Source: Wickerhamiella versatilis
Lineage: Eukaryota
Reading direction: 5' to 3'
NCBI GenBank assembly: GCA_030867685.1
Contig: JAQOWU010000001.1
Coordinates: 806,001-870,000 of the forward strand
Length of the DNA stretch: 64,000 nt
The notes under the pieces were generated by a model, which worked only from the letters and a program-made list of their open reading frames with translations, searched no databases and was not told where the DNA came from. Shown in pieces: positions 10,768 to 21,808 of the stretch. The first letter of the stretch is position 1, and every line of letters starts with the position of its first letter. A program made the position numbers and the translations under genes.

Positions 10768-13158
10768 ATGTCTAAACCATCCGGCAATGCAGGGATGCAG
10801 AACGGATTTGACATCTCAAAAGCTGATAGTCTCAATGAAAGGGAGCGGTCTCTAGTCACGAGAAGGAGCAAGCTGCTGGGACCATCCTACAAGCTCATGT
10901 ATGAGCACCCAGTCGAATTCGTACGCGGAGAGGGTGTATATCTCTATGACGCAGATGGAAATTCTTATTTGGATTGTTACAACAACGTCTGTTCTGTAGG
11001 TCATTGCAATCCTCGCGTAGTGAAGGCAGTATCGGATCAGTTGGCCACATTGAACACGCATACACGTTACATGAGTGAGAAGATCCTGGACTTTTCTGAA
11101 AAGTTACTGGGTACATTTGAGCCTGAACTGGGCCATGTGATGTATGCTTGTAGTGGAAGTGAGGCCGTGGATCTGGCACTTAGGACTGCAAAGTTCTATA
11201 CCGGTGGCACTGGTATAATCGTCACGGACTACGCATACCATGGTACTACTGCTGCTGTATCAGCTATCTCACCTTCGCTAGGTGAGTACACTCCCATCGA
11301 CTTGCATGCTCGTACTGTACGTTCACCTTATGCCTATCGCGCAGGCGACGGTGTGGATGTGGAGCAGAGACTTGCCGACGACGTTGAATCAGCTATCAAG
11401 GACATGAATCGCCATGGAATTAAATTTGCTGGATTCCTTGCCGATAGCATTTTTTCTTCTGACGGTCTTTTCACTGCACCAAAGGGATTCCTGCAAAAAA
11501 CAGTCGACGTTGTGCACAAGTACGGCGGTCTTTATATAGCAGATGAGGTCCAACCAGGATGGGCTCGTACAGGGAACCATATGTGGGGATATCAAAATCA
11601 TGGTATCGTACCCGATCTTGTGGTTATGGGAAAACCCATGGGTAACGGCATGCCTATTTCTGCCATGGTAGCCCGTCCTGAATACCTGGAGGACTTTGGC
11701 AAAAAGGTCCGCTATTTCAACACATTTGCAGGTAATCCTGTAGCAATTGCTGCTGCAAATGCTGTATTTGATGAACTGACCACTGGAGGTTTAAAGGAAA
11801 ACTGTAGAGTTGTTGGTGATTATTTGCTAAAAGGATTCGAGAAAATCTCCACGAGATTTGCCGAAATCGGTGATGTTCGTGGTGCAGGTATGTTTTTTGC
11901 TGTAGAGTTTGTCAAAGATCCAGTCACGAAGGAGGCTGATGATCAGTTAGCACGAAAGGTAGTGGCGGAACTACGTGAAAGAAGAATTTTGATAAGTACC
12001 ACTGGAAAACTTGGCAACAGCTTGAAAATCCGACCATTGCTGAGCTTTACCCATGAAAATGCGGACGTTCTTTTGAAAGAATTCGAAGATGCATTAAAGA
12101 GCAGTATAGCTGCGTTGTATCCTGGCAAGAAGAACAACAGCTCTTTGACCGCAGAAAAGCATTTTCTTGACAACGATTTCGCAGTGAATGTTCTCAAGAG
12201 TTACTACGGAATTGAAGCAGTCGAGGCTAAGAAATTGAACAGCGAGCGCGATGAGAACTTTCTTGTCCATGCCATTAATCCCGACCGCAAAATCACGATA
12301 AAGTTTGCTCATCCCTCAGAAGATCCACTTGCAAGTAGCTTCCAAACTGATATTTTGCGATATTTGAATACGCATGACCCTTCTTTGCCAGTACAAAAGA
12401 TAGTCCCGAGCACATCTGGCGACTCTCAAATTCGTATTAACTGTGATGGTATCATGAGAACTGCGAGAGTGGTGACTTTTCTAGACGGTCAGTTACTATC
12501 TGATGCCCCAAGAAGCACTGTGCAGGCTGAAAATCTTGGTAAAATAGCAGGAAGAATTGCTAAAGCCCTGGAAGGGTTTAGCCATCCTGGACAGGATCAC
12601 TTACTGCACTGGGATGTTCAGCATGCTTCCCAGGTTCGAGTATATCTTAGTGCTATCAAGAACCCCAAACATAGGGAACTTCTGGAAAAATGCCTTAGCC
12701 ACTTCGAAGATTATGTGAAGCCCAAGCTGGATAAGCTCCGGAAGCAGGTAATCCACAATGACTTCAGTCCGCAAAATTTGCTCGTGAGTGCTAAGGATCC
12801 AGATCAAGTCACAGGCGTTCTTGATTTCGGTGATTCTGTGTATACACCGCTCGCCATCGATCCTGCGGTTGGGGCAGCGTACCAACTGGGGAAGGATGAT
12901 GATCTCCTCAAGCGTGCAGTTTCTTTTGTTAAAGGGTTTCATTCTACGAATCCCCTCACTAAGGAAGAACTCTCGCTTATTTATGATTTGGTTGTCACGC
13001 GTACGGTTATCCGAATAGCCATTTCAACCTGGCGTGCTGAAAAATTCCCAGATAATGCTGCATACATACTGCGAAACTCCGCCAATGTATTTGATCAGTT
13101 TGAACAGCTTGTTGCTTTGAAAGACGGAGAAAAGGCGTTCAGCTCTATCTCGCAATAG
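10768..13158 (+). CDS. Fusion of a class-III PLP enzyme (AGXT2L/PHYKPL phospho-lyase-like) and an aminoglycoside-phosphotransferase-fold kinase (hydroxylysine-kinase-like)
   Basis: N-terminal half: YLDCYNNV, CSGSEA, YHG, IADEVQPG, MGKPMGNG (PLP Lys), YFNTFAGNP. C-terminal half from about nt 12150: SERDENF, VIHNDF...NLL, DFGD. No stop codon between the halves. Confidence 0.88.
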   Translation: MSKPSGNAGMQNGFDISKADSLNERERSLVTRRSKLLGPSYKLMYEHPVEFVRGEGVYLYDADGNSYLDCYNNVCSVGHCNPRVVKAVSDQLATLNTHTRYMSEKILDFSEKLLGTFEPELGHVMYACSGSEAVDLALRTAKFYTGGTGIIVTDYAYHGTTAAVSAISPSLGEYTPIDLHARTVRSPYAYRAGDGVDVEQRLADDVESAIKDMNRHGIKFAGFLADSIFSSDGLFTAPKGFLQKTVDVVHKYGGLYIADEVQPGWARTGNHMWGYQNHGIVPDLVVMGKPMGNGMPISAMVARPEYLEDFGKKVRYFNTFAGNPVAIAAANAVFDELTTGGLKENCRVVGDYLLKGFEKISTRFAEIGDVRGAGMFFAVEFVKDPVTKEADDQLARKVVAELRERRILISTTGKLGNSLKIRPLLSFTHENADVLLKEFEDALKSSIAALYPGKKNNSSLTAEKHFLDNDFAVNVLKSYYGIEAVEAKKLNSERDENFLVHAINPDRKITIKFAHPSEDPLASSFQTDILRYLNTHDPSLPVQKIVPSTSGDSQIRINCDGIMRTARVVTFLDGQLLSDAPRSTVQAENLGKIAGRIAKALEGFSHPGQDHLLHWDVQHASQVRVYLSAIKNPKHRELLEKCLSHFEDYVKPKLDKLRKQVIHNDFSPQNLLVSAKDPDQVTGVLDFGDSVYTPLAIDPAVGAAYQLGKDDDLLKRAVSFVKGFHSTNPLTKEELSLIYDLVVTRTVIRIAISTWRAEKFPDNAAYILRNSANVFDQFEQLVALKDGEKAFSSISQ

Positions 13159-13425
13159 CGCGCTTAATTCATATGTGAGTAAATAAATTATGAAATAATA
13201 AACTATAACGTACTTCAGAGCAAAGTCTTTTTTTGAGCCTTTGATCATATTTGCTCAATAACTCCTGGGCATTGTTATGAAAGCGATTGGACCCTAGATA
13301 ATGAGCTTCGCGGCAACAAATATGTCAGCACAGCCGATGGCGGCTGGCTTTGATAATGAAATACCCGATCCGGGGTATTTATACGGTACGAGGTGACCAT
13401 ATTCCGTAATAGTTCTCATTCTGCA

Positions 13426-13791
13426 ATGCCTAAGGTCTGTTACGGAAGCGGCCCTGGACTACCACTGTCCCCTGCTGTGAGAGCTGGAGATTTCGTATAC
13501 ATTGCAGGCCGTGTCCCTTCCATCGGGGGTAAAACTGTTGAAGGTACCATCCAGCAGCAAACTGATGCTGCCTTGCTCAGCCTCGACGAAACACTGAAGC
13601 TGGCAGGATGTGACAAGGATGATGTTGTACGAGTCTTCGTCATTCTGACTGATCTTTCCGAATTTTCTGGCTTCAATGAAGCATATGCCAAATACTTTGA
13701 TAGTAACCCACCTGTTCGTACAACTATTGAGGCAAAGCTCGCCGGTACCTTTAGGGTTGAAATAGAGGCGGTTGCATACAAACCATTGTAA
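13426..13791 (+). CDS. RidA/YjgF/UK114 family imine deaminase
   Basis: PLSPAVRAGDFVYIAG, FNEAYAKYF..NPPVRTT (catalytic Arg) and VEIEAVAY. ATG at 13426. Confidence 0.9.
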   Translation: MPKVCYGSGPGLPLSPAVRAGDFVYIAGRVPSIGGKTVEGTIQQQTDAALLSLDETLKLAGCDKDDVVRVFVILTDLSEFSGFNEAYAKYFDSNPPVRTTIEAKLAGTFRVEIEAVAYKPL

Positions 13792-14003
13792 CTTAGTTAG
13801 ATACTAAAAAAATAGCTGTTGCTTTACAGTAAACTCAGTGATATTCGTTATCCCAGAGTAGCACACGCGTGTGTTTCAACAATACCTCTCTGTAATGGTA
13901 TAAGGTTTTATGTATCACAACAACTCATTAAATTATCTTTTTTTATGTTCATTACCAACGAAACGAATAAGAATAGGGCTATATTCCAAGATCAACGCCC
14001 CAT

Positions 14004-15383
14004 CTAGAACATGAGATAGGCGGAACAAAGTACAGATGGACCGATAGCCATACCCAGCCAAAACAGGCCGATACCAACTGCTGGACGCTTTTTAACAGCG
14101 GGAACAAGTGTCAACATTTCCAGTGGAAGCTGTGAAAGTTGTGCAAGTAACAGGTAGCCACGAATACGTCCAAATATCACATACATGATCACTTCGTGCA
14201 TGCATGCCGAGAGCATAAAGGTGAAAGTTGCAGCTGCTGGCTTACTCAATTTAAGCCAGAATATGGTCGAGTGGTAAACATGTCGGCTCAAAAAATGATG
14301 TACAGGAACATTCCAGTCGCGAGCGAATTTATCCCAGGTTTGGCTGTTCCACCAGTCACGATAGAACTCTCGGTCCCCGAATCTCGTTAGTTCAGCAATA
14401 CCATTGAGAATCGCATCCCAGATGAGATAAAACGTTAGATTGTAAATAATAACAAACGGCCCGAAAAGTTTGAATAAGAAAATAGGATAGTGCCAGAGGC
14501 GATCAGCCAAGGGCACGTCTCGCAATCCCAGTGCATACAGAGCATATGGATACATAAACTGCTCCGAGTATACGAGAATAATCAGAATTATTCCGAAAAC
14601 CTCGATTATTTTCCCCACTAAATAACTCCATCTAATTTGATCAGTCCGCGGGTAGTCAACCTCATAGACGCAGGTGGGGAACATAGTATACCAAAAGAAA
14701 TTTGAGAGCGTGACATTCTTGGGGTAATTCACATTCATAGCCACAGTCAATGGATCTTTTTGATGACTATCATTTTCCGAGTTTCGCTGTAGAACCTCAG
14801 TTTCTTCTAACTTCTTGATTTCAAAAGTCAAGTGATAAAGCCATCCATTACAAACCGCGTATGAATGCTGCTTCATAAGCTGCACAATCGCATGGAGAAC
14901 AATAAATACACTTCCAATCCAAGGAAATTCGAAGTAGCGGGGGGTTATCAGAAAAAAAAAGAAATATGCCGACTGCCATAAATGCTGAAGAACCCAACCG
15001 TATTTCCACCAATTAATATAATGGTTCTTCACCAGAACTTGTAGCCCATACGTGACATACATGCATAAATACATTACCAGGTCAAGCAGGCCGATTTTGA
15101 ACAGGTCTCTGCGCATTATTTTAAACACATTGTCGGCGAGAAAATAACCCTTCTCCATATAATTTGATAGAAGCACACCGGTTGCGAATAGACTAAGGAC
15201 GACCCAAAAGCAAATGTAATATCCATAAAGCTCGGACTCTAGAAAACGTGGGCTGTCAAAGTAGCTAGTATCATGCCGAGTGACCAATTGTTTAAATCGA
15301 TAGAGATACCCGAAATCTCTATGTAATGGCTTTTTAGTCTTTTCTTGCGGCTTTGATGTTACTTTGCGTCTCGTGGTTGCCAT
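14004..15383 (-). CDS. Sterol O-acyltransferase (MBOAT, ARE1/ARE2 family)
   Basis: MKQHSY, YPRT, AELTRFGDREFYRDWWN, WNVPVH.FL.RHVY and SACMHE (catalytic His). Confidence 0.92.
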   Translation of the reverse strand: MATTRRKVTSKPQEKTKKPLHRDFGYLYRFKQLVTRHDTSYFDSPRFLESELYGYYICFWVVLSLFATGVLLSNYMEKGYFLADNVFKIMRRDLFKIGLLDLVMYLCMYVTYGLQVLVKNHYINWWKYGWVLQHLWQSAYFFFFLITPRYFEFPWIGSVFIVLHAIVQLMKQHSYAVCNGWLYHLTFEIKKLEETEVLQRNSENDSHQKDPLTVAMNVNYPKNVTLSNFFWYTMFPTCVYEVDYPRTDQIRWSYLVGKIIEVFGIILIILVYSEQFMYPYALYALGLRDVPLADRLWHYPIFLFKLFGPFVIIYNLTFYLIWDAILNGIAELTRFGDREFYRDWWNSQTWDKFARDWNVPVHHFLSRHVYHSTIFWLKLSKPAAATFTFMLSACMHEVIMYVIFGRIRGYLLLAQLSQLPLEMLTLVPAVKKRPAVGIGLFWLGMAIGPSVLCSAYLMF

Positions 15384-15914
15384 TCTGATTTACTTGCCAC
15401 ACACTCACACCCTCTCGCCTTACTTACTAACTGACGAGCAGGCTTGCTTGGCCCAACCAGCGTTTCTCGTGCCGCGGGGAATGGGGTAATGCATAGGCAG
15501 CTTGTAAGGCAAAATAGTGTATACAGTGCTATTACATGAAATTGAGTAGGAGCATAATTGTCTTTATCCTTACAAATATTTATGTTTGTGGATTAAAATC
15601 AATTCTTCACCTCTCACCATATTGTTACATAATCGGTTTCAGTCTTACCCGCCTATACAAGGGTTGACTAAGTGTCCTTTGCATCCTGAATCAATCTAGC
15701 CAATCTTGAGTTTTAAGGCAAATAGTATAAATACTCGGCAGATACCACCTCAGTGATTGGTTTCACAGAAATCTTTGCGCTTTATTCGTACCTGGCTTGG
15801 CAGTAAATAATTTCATGCACCGTTTTGGGTTTAGGGTGAGAATTAGGTGACAAATCTAAGAGATAGCCGCCAACCACTTTTGAAGGCTTATCTCACTTTC
15901 ATTACGACAAAAAC

Positions 15915-17435
15915 ATGGTTGAGCCCATAAAGGAAGAAAAAGTGGACGATTACACTGAATCCGGTGTAATTGTAGATGCCTCAAAAATCCATTTGGGCGA
16001 TGACGATATTGCTGCAAAATATGCATCTGATCATGGTAAAACAGTGCCACCAGATATACGAAAGCGTATCCTCTGGAAGTCTCAGATCCTCATAGGAATC
16101 ACACTTGGCGCCTGCTATGGAGTACAGTTCCTTTCCCACACAGTTCAAAGTCAACTTAATGCCCTTGGTATGACCGACGACTTGAACATGGAAAATGAGT
16201 TTCCATGGCTGGCAACAGGTTTTTTTATCGCCTATCTTGCCTTTGCCCCTCTTGCTGCATATATTTGTCAAAAACTTCCTGTATCTTTTGCCACATCAGT
16301 GGCTTTTATTGTTTCAGGCATAGTGTTCACCTGCAGCGCAGCTAGCCAGAGCTTCGCTGGAATGATGGCTTGTAGAGTTATTTTAGGTACTGTGGAGTGC
16401 ATCATGGTTCCATCATTGACTGCCCTGGTAGCAATGTGGTTTCCCAAAGAACTACATTATTCGTCTTCAATGCTTTGGATGGTGTTTGATGGATTTGTTC
16501 CGGCATGCTCCTGTCTCGTAGCGGCTGGCCTTGTGCAGCGTGGCGATAGCATGTCAATAAGTCCTTGGAGAGCTCTTTTGATAATAGATGGGCTGATAAT
16601 GGTTTTGTTTGGAATTTTCTTCTATTTTCACGTTCCTAACACTCCACACGAAGCCTGGTTTCTCACCTCAGAAGAAAAACGTTGGCATGTGGAACTCATT
16701 CGAGAAAATCAAGCTGGTTATGGAAACCGTCACTTCAAGTGGTACCAGGTTAAAGAGACTTTCGTTGATCCGCGTACTTATCTCAATTTTGCCACCTTTG
16801 CACTGTGGGCTGTACCTAATGGCCTGGTTACATCGATGCAATCGTTCTATCTCAAATCTTTTGGTATCACCAAACCTGTTGAAACTATGTACTGGGGCGC
16901 GCTTTGTTCAGCATGTGAGTTTTTCGGTATGCTGATTGCGGCAATATTGTCAACTTTTATGTTCACGAAATACAGAATAGTATATAACCTCTGGGGTGCC
17001 GTATGGAGCCTTATATCCCTGTGTATGGTATCCTATGCACCGAATTATCATGGAAACTTTGCAGGTATTTGCCTCTGGTATGCTTTTTCGGTGTATACTT
17101 TTGCTGCTATTGCTTCTAATGTCCAATCAAATTGTAACGGTCATACCAAGAAAATGTTAAATGCATCTTTCTTGGTAATAAGTCAGTCAGTGGGAAATGC
17201 AGGAGGTCCACAGGCCTTCAAAGCGAGCGAAAAACCTGATTATGTGACTTCCAAGCGCACTATGGTTGGTACTGCAGTATGCACGCTAGCTCTAATTATC
17301 ATTCAGTTGTTACTTAACGTGTGGGAAAATCGTCGTCGCGATAAGTCTGGAAAAACTTTACCTCCCGACGTGAACCACCCTGAATTTGCTGATCTCACTG
17401 ACATGGAAAATCCAAACTTTCGCTATGCATATTGA
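15915..17435 (+). CDS. MFS anion:cation symporter, allantoate/dipeptide permease (DAL5 family)
   Basis: About 12 hydrophobic segments, AWFLT.EEK, FKWYQVKE.FVDP, GHTKK, GPQAF and C-terminal WENRRRD...FADLTDMENPNFRY. Confidence 0.88.
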   Translation: MVEPIKEEKVDDYTESGVIVDASKIHLGDDDIAAKYASDHGKTVPPDIRKRILWKSQILIGITLGACYGVQFLSHTVQSQLNALGMTDDLNMENEFPWLATGFFIAYLAFAPLAAYICQKLPVSFATSVAFIVSGIVFTCSAASQSFAGMMACRVILGTVECIMVPSLTALVAMWFPKELHYSSSMLWMVFDGFVPACSCLVAAGLVQRGDSMSISPWRALLIIDGLIMVLFGIFFYFHVPNTPHEAWFLTSEEKRWHVELIRENQAGYGNRHFKWYQVKETFVDPRTYLNFATFALWAVPNGLVTSMQSFYLKSFGITKPVETMYWGALCSACEFFGMLIAAILSTFMFTKYRIVYNLWGAVWSLISLCMVSYAPNYHGNFAGICLWYAFSVYTFAAIASNVQSNCNGHTKKMLNASFLVISQSVGNAGGPQAFKASEKPDYVTSKRTMVGTAVCTLALIIIQLLLNVWENRRRDKSGKTLPPDVNHPEFADLTDMENPNFRYAY

Positions 17436-17662
17436 TGATTCTACCTATATTAAGTCGCGTAAAAATATGTTATGCTCTGCTTATATCAGTTATATGTATC
17501 TTACCAACTGAGCTAGTCCTATAGGTGCTAGATAGTACTCAGCATGTATTAATAAAAACTGGCTATCAGCTATAATGGGATAAAGTTACCCTAAGCCTAC
17601 CCTACTTGTTTAAATAGACTACTTGCTCACCCTATTCAAGCTTACTCATTGCACTGAACAAG

Positions 17663-20600
17663 ATGGTCTGCCCATTAATTGATCCATACACGGGCAGTCC
17701 ATCGAAGTGCGTACTCGTGCGGGTGGAGCTGATCTTCGCTCTTTTGTTCAGTATAGCCGGATTTGCCAACTGCCTGCTCTTTAAGGGTACAATTCGTGGT
17801 AGAATTACCTGGAGACAATGGCAGTGTGCCGCCTTGATAGGAATTATATTTATAATGACTTTACCACAAACTTCAGCAATAGGGTCCTTGGTAGCTTTGG
17901 TGCTTCAGCTTGTCCAGATGGGCCGTGCTAAGGTCACCCCTTCACTACTCTCTATCTGGTGGCTTTTTACGGCTGTTTTGAGTTTTCTAATTGCCGTGGA
18001 TGAATATCTAAACAGCAAATGTCCCATCAATTTGATCAAGGCTCTATGTGGATCCCTAGGCTTATGGCTTTCGTTGCCACAGGAGAAATCTTCTGATTTT
18101 GACCACTCAAGCCTTTTTTCAAAAATTAACAAGTCTTACATGACTGGAATGATGTCAGTTGGCTTGAAATCACAGATAACTCGAGAAGATCTGCCCAAAC
18201 CTGCTGGGGATCTCAAGGCAGAGCTAAATCTGAAACGCTTAGAAGCTCACCTGCCAGGAAGCTTATCATGGGCGATCCTAAGCTCAGTCGGCTGGAAGCT
18301 GACTTTAATACTTGCTCTTCAAGTTTCCTCCCAGCTCATTACTTTTTCTGAGCCGTACTTACTCAAGTTGTTCCTTTCATCGTTAAGAGAGTGGCAGGTC
18401 GGTGAATCCGTAGCACTTGCTCCTGTCTACTGGTTGGGAATAGCCTTAGGATCCTTGCCGCTGCTTGCCACAGCCCTGGAAAATTATTCTCAGCTTCTTG
18501 CTGATTACAATCAAACTTCAAGCCGTACTGCCTTGACATTACTTATATACCGCAAAGGAATGAGGCTAAGTCAAAAAGCGCGTCGCGAGTTCGATAGTGC
18601 AAAAATCATGAACCTGATCGATGTCGATACCGATATAGCAATCCAGCTGGCGGATGGAACTATTTATAGCGGTTTAATTGCTGCTCCTATAGGATTTTTT
18701 GTAGGATTTTCTCAGCTTTGGAGTATCGTGGGGTCTACAATCTTTGCAGGTATTGCATATTATGGTTTTGCCGGTATTGCACTCGCATTTTTGTTCGCAT
18801 TCGTGCCTGGTTGGATCAAGATGATGATGGCTGCTAAGGATAAGCGTGTCCAGCTAACCACGACTACGTTTCGTGGAATGAAGAGTTTGAAACTATATGG
18901 GTGGCTTGAACCTTACTATGAGCAGGTCCGGGATGCTAGAGCTCGAGAAATTGCTATATATCGCATGATAAGCTTGATAAATGCAATATTGAGAGGTACT
19001 TTTGCTTCGTCAGAAAACTTCGTTGCAATAATGATATTTCTTGGATTTCTTTGGAAAAATCTTGGAGCTCTTACTCCGGAAATTGTATTTCCAACGCTGC
19101 AACTCCTAATACTCATTATGATCCCATTTGTGCTTATCCCAGCAGCTGCAGCAAATTACTTCAATGCACGCGTTTCTATAAAGCGAATTGAAGAGCTACT
19201 TGCTCAAGATAATATGTCTCTTGACAATTATACTCATTCCAGTGAGGGATGTTCAGTTAAATTGGATCGCGCTGTTATAGATTGGGAGGATACAGAGTCA
19301 TTAGCTCTAGACGATATCACGCTGATGGCATCTGATGGCGAGCTTTTATGTATTACAGGTCGTGTTGGCTGTGGTAAGACGGCATTCCTCAAGGCTGTTT
19401 GCGGTGAAATGCATATACGGTCGGGTTCGGTAGATGTGAAAGGAAACATAGCATATTGTGCTCAGCAGCCCTGGCTTCAGAATACGACAATAGAGAAAAA
19501 TATCCTTTTTGGTCAAGAGCTAGACCCAGAATGGTATGCCCAGGTACTTGCGGCCTGTGATCTAGTGGAGGACCTCGAAAGTCTTCCGCAAAAAGACCAA
19601 ACTGAGATAGGTGAGCGCGGTATTATACTTAGCGGGGGTCAAAAAGCTCGCGTAGCACTTGCGCGGGCTATTTACTCTCGAGCTTCGGTATATGTATTTG
19701 ATGATGTCTTGAGTGCGGTAGATGAGCACGTAGCCTCACACCTGATAACACATGTGTTCTCTGAAACGGGTATTCTTTGTGGGTCAACGATTCTCATTGC
19801 TACACATAATGTCAGGCTGTTAACTTATGCATCAAAAGTGGTTTCTCTTTCACGCGAAACAATATGCGAAATAGCCACGTTACCGGAAATACTCGCCTCT
19901 GGGGAAGCTTCTCCCACATACTGTCTTATTCGAGATTTTGGTTCAAACAAAGCCTCTTTGAAGGGTTTGAGTGCTCATATTCGGCCAAAGAGGTCTAATA
20001 CTTCGAGCAAGTCTCCATTGCCATTCCAAAAGATGGATTCCATTGCCGTATTAGTGGGTCAGGAAGAAGAGGAACGAGACCAGGATGTGTCGCTGAAAAT
20101 ATACCAGCGTTTCTTATCAGCAGTAGGATCAAGGAATGCCATCTTGGCTTTTTGTTTCGTCATTATCTCATCTCTTCTTTCTAATAGTATTCCTTTGGTC
20201 CTTTCAGCCGTGTCATCTCATGAATTCTCTAGTATAGGTGAGGCACATTCTTACGTGTGGCTGTACGTTGGTGTCACGATATTATCTGGTATGGCAATAA
20301 TTTTTCAGGACTACTGGGTGGAAGTAAAGGTTTCTCTTAATGCTATTCAGAAACTTCATGATCTCATGTTACACTCTCTATTACATGCGCGTATGTCATT
20401 TTTTGACTCTACTCCTGTAGGACGCGTACTAAACCGATTTTCAGGTGGACTGGAAGGAATTATGAGTGTTGAATCTTTCCTAGCTGATATGATTTTATTC
20501 TCGGCGAACTTCATCTTCTCACTCTCCACTATTGTCTTTACATCGCCTATTGAATTTCTTGTTGTAATTCCCTTGGTTTATTTACTAAATGAGTTCCGGA

Positions 20601-21808
20601 AATTGTATGTTTCATCTTCCCGTCAGATCCGCAGAATGACTGCCGCAGCCAACAGTCCACTTCTTGCTCAGGTCGAAGAGACTATTAAGGGTGGTACGAC
20701 AGTAAGAGCATTCAATAGAGATTATCTATTTGAAAAACAGTACGACGCTCGAGTAGACTACTGGATTGAACTCAATTTTGTGCAAGAACAAATTTCAGGA
20801 TGGCTCTCTTGGAGGGTTGACTCGCTCACTGCAGTATTAAAGATCACTTCAAGTATCAGCTTAACGTGGTTATTGACACGTAGTCGCATTAGCGTTGGTC
20901 TTGTAGGTGCAGCTCTTATATTCGCTGAACGTCTTGGCAGTTTATGTGGGTCCTTCGTGGGTAAATTTTCGCAGCTCGAAATACGGGCAGTAGAGCTGCA
21001 GCGGATCATGGAGTATATTGATGTTGACCAAGAGGCCCCAGCTCATATTCCTGAAACACTTCCTTCATCTGAGTGGCCTAGCGATGGTAGAGTGTCATTA
21101 AACGAATTGACTGTTCGCTACAAGCCAGAAGGAGATGACGTTCTCCATAAACTTTCATTATCCATTGCACGCCACGAAAAAGTGGGAGTCGTGGGTAGAA
21201 CTGGAGCTGGAAAAAGTACCCTCAGTCTAGCAATATTTCGCTTAGTAGAGGCGGCAGCTGGCCGTATCGAAATAGATGGTGTTGATACCAAAACACTAGG
21301 GCTTACAGACCTACGCTCTCGTTTGTCGATAATTCCACAAGACTCGCAAATATTCAGCGGAACAATCCGCCAAAATCTAGATCCAAATGCTGCGGAGACA
21401 GATGAGGTTCTGTGGCATACTCTTGAAGTTTGCCACCTTAAGGAATTTTTCTCAACCCATCAAGGCCTCGACACGTTATTGAATGATGACGGAGAAAATC
21501 TGAGCCAAGGTCAAGCCCAATTGGTATGCCTTGGCCGTGCGTTACTACGGCCAAGTCAATTGCTCGTATTAGACGAGGCTACTGCCTCTGTTGATTTGGA
21601 GACTGACCAATTAGTACAACAAACAATTCGCTCTGAATTTAAAAATCGTACTATTATAACAATTGCGCATCGACTTGAAACTCTAGAAGGCTACGATCGT
21701 ATCCTGGTCCTTGACAAAGGTCATATTGCCGAATTTGACACACCAGAGAATCTGTCTAAGAGAAAAGGGCTTTTTTGGTCATTGCAGCAGGCTAATAGAT
21801 CTGAATAG
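17663..21808 (+). CDS. ABCC/MRP-type ABC transporter (YCF1/BPT1-like)
   Basis: NBD1 has GRVGCGKT and LSGGQKAR; FFDSTPVGRVLNRFS; NBD2 has GRTGAGKS, LSQGQAQL, LDEATA and IAHRL. Confidence 0.93.
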   Translation: MVCPLIDPYTGSPSKCVLVRVELIFALLFSIAGFANCLLFKGTIRGRITWRQWQCAALIGIIFIMTLPQTSAIGSLVALVLQLVQMGRAKVTPSLLSIWWLFTAVLSFLIAVDEYLNSKCPINLIKALCGSLGLWLSLPQEKSSDFDHSSLFSKINKSYMTGMMSVGLKSQITREDLPKPAGDLKAELNLKRLEAHLPGSLSWAILSSVGWKLTLILALQVSSQLITFSEPYLLKLFLSSLREWQVGESVALAPVYWLGIALGSLPLLATALENYSQLLADYNQTSSRTALTLLIYRKGMRLSQKARREFDSAKIMNLIDVDTDIAIQLADGTIYSGLIAAPIGFFVGFSQLWSIVGSTIFAGIAYYGFAGIALAFLFAFVPGWIKMMMAAKDKRVQLTTTTFRGMKSLKLYGWLEPYYEQVRDARAREIAIYRMISLINAILRGTFASSENFVAIMIFLGFLWKNLGALTPEIVFPTLQLLILIMIPFVLIPAAAANYFNARVSIKRIEELLAQDNMSLDNYTHSSEGCSVKLDRAVIDWEDTESLALDDITLMASDGELLCITGRVGCGKTAFLKAVCGEMHIRSGSVDVKGNIAYCAQQPWLQNTTIEKNILFGQELDPEWYAQVLAACDLVEDLESLPQKDQTEIGERGIILSGGQKARVALARAIYSRASVYVFDDVLSAVDEHVASHLITHVFSETGILCGSTILIATHNVRLLTYASKVVSLSRETICEIATLPEILASGEASPTYCLIRDFGSNKASLKGLSAHIRPKRSNTSSKSPLPFQKMDSIAVLVGQEEEERDQDVSLKIYQRFLSAVGSRNAILAFCFVIISSLLSNSIPLVLSAVSSHEFSSIGEAHSYVWLYVGVTILSGMAIIFQDYWVEVKVSLNAIQKLHDLMLHSLLHARMSFFDSTPVGRVLNRFSGGLEGIMSVESFLADMILFSANFIFSLSTIVFTSPIEFLVVIPLVYLLNEFRKLYVSSSRQIRRMTAAANSPLLAQVEETIKGGTTVRAFNRDYLFEKQYDARVDYWIELNFVQEQISGWLSWRVDSLTAVLKITSSISLTWLLTRSRISVGLVGAALIFAERLGSLCGSFVGKFSQLEIRAVELQRIMEYIDVDQEAPAHIPETLPSSEWPSDGRVSLNELTVRYKPEGDDVLHKLSLSIARHEKVGVVGRTGAGKSTLSLAIFRLVEAAAGRIEIDGVDTKTLGLTDLRSRLSIIPQDSQIFSGTIRQNLDPNAAETDEVLWHTLEVCHLKEFFSTHQGLDTLLNDDGENLSQGQAQLVCLGRALLRPSQLLVLDEATASVDLETDQLVQQTIRSEFKNRTIITIAHRLETLEGYDRILVLDKGHIAEFDTPENLSKRKGLFWSLQQANRSE

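Noticed and set aside
15425-15441. TACTAAC...CAG on the plus strand upstream of the DAL5-like gene
   Set aside because: No convincing donor site or upstream exon; it lies in the promoter zone of the opposite-strand gene.
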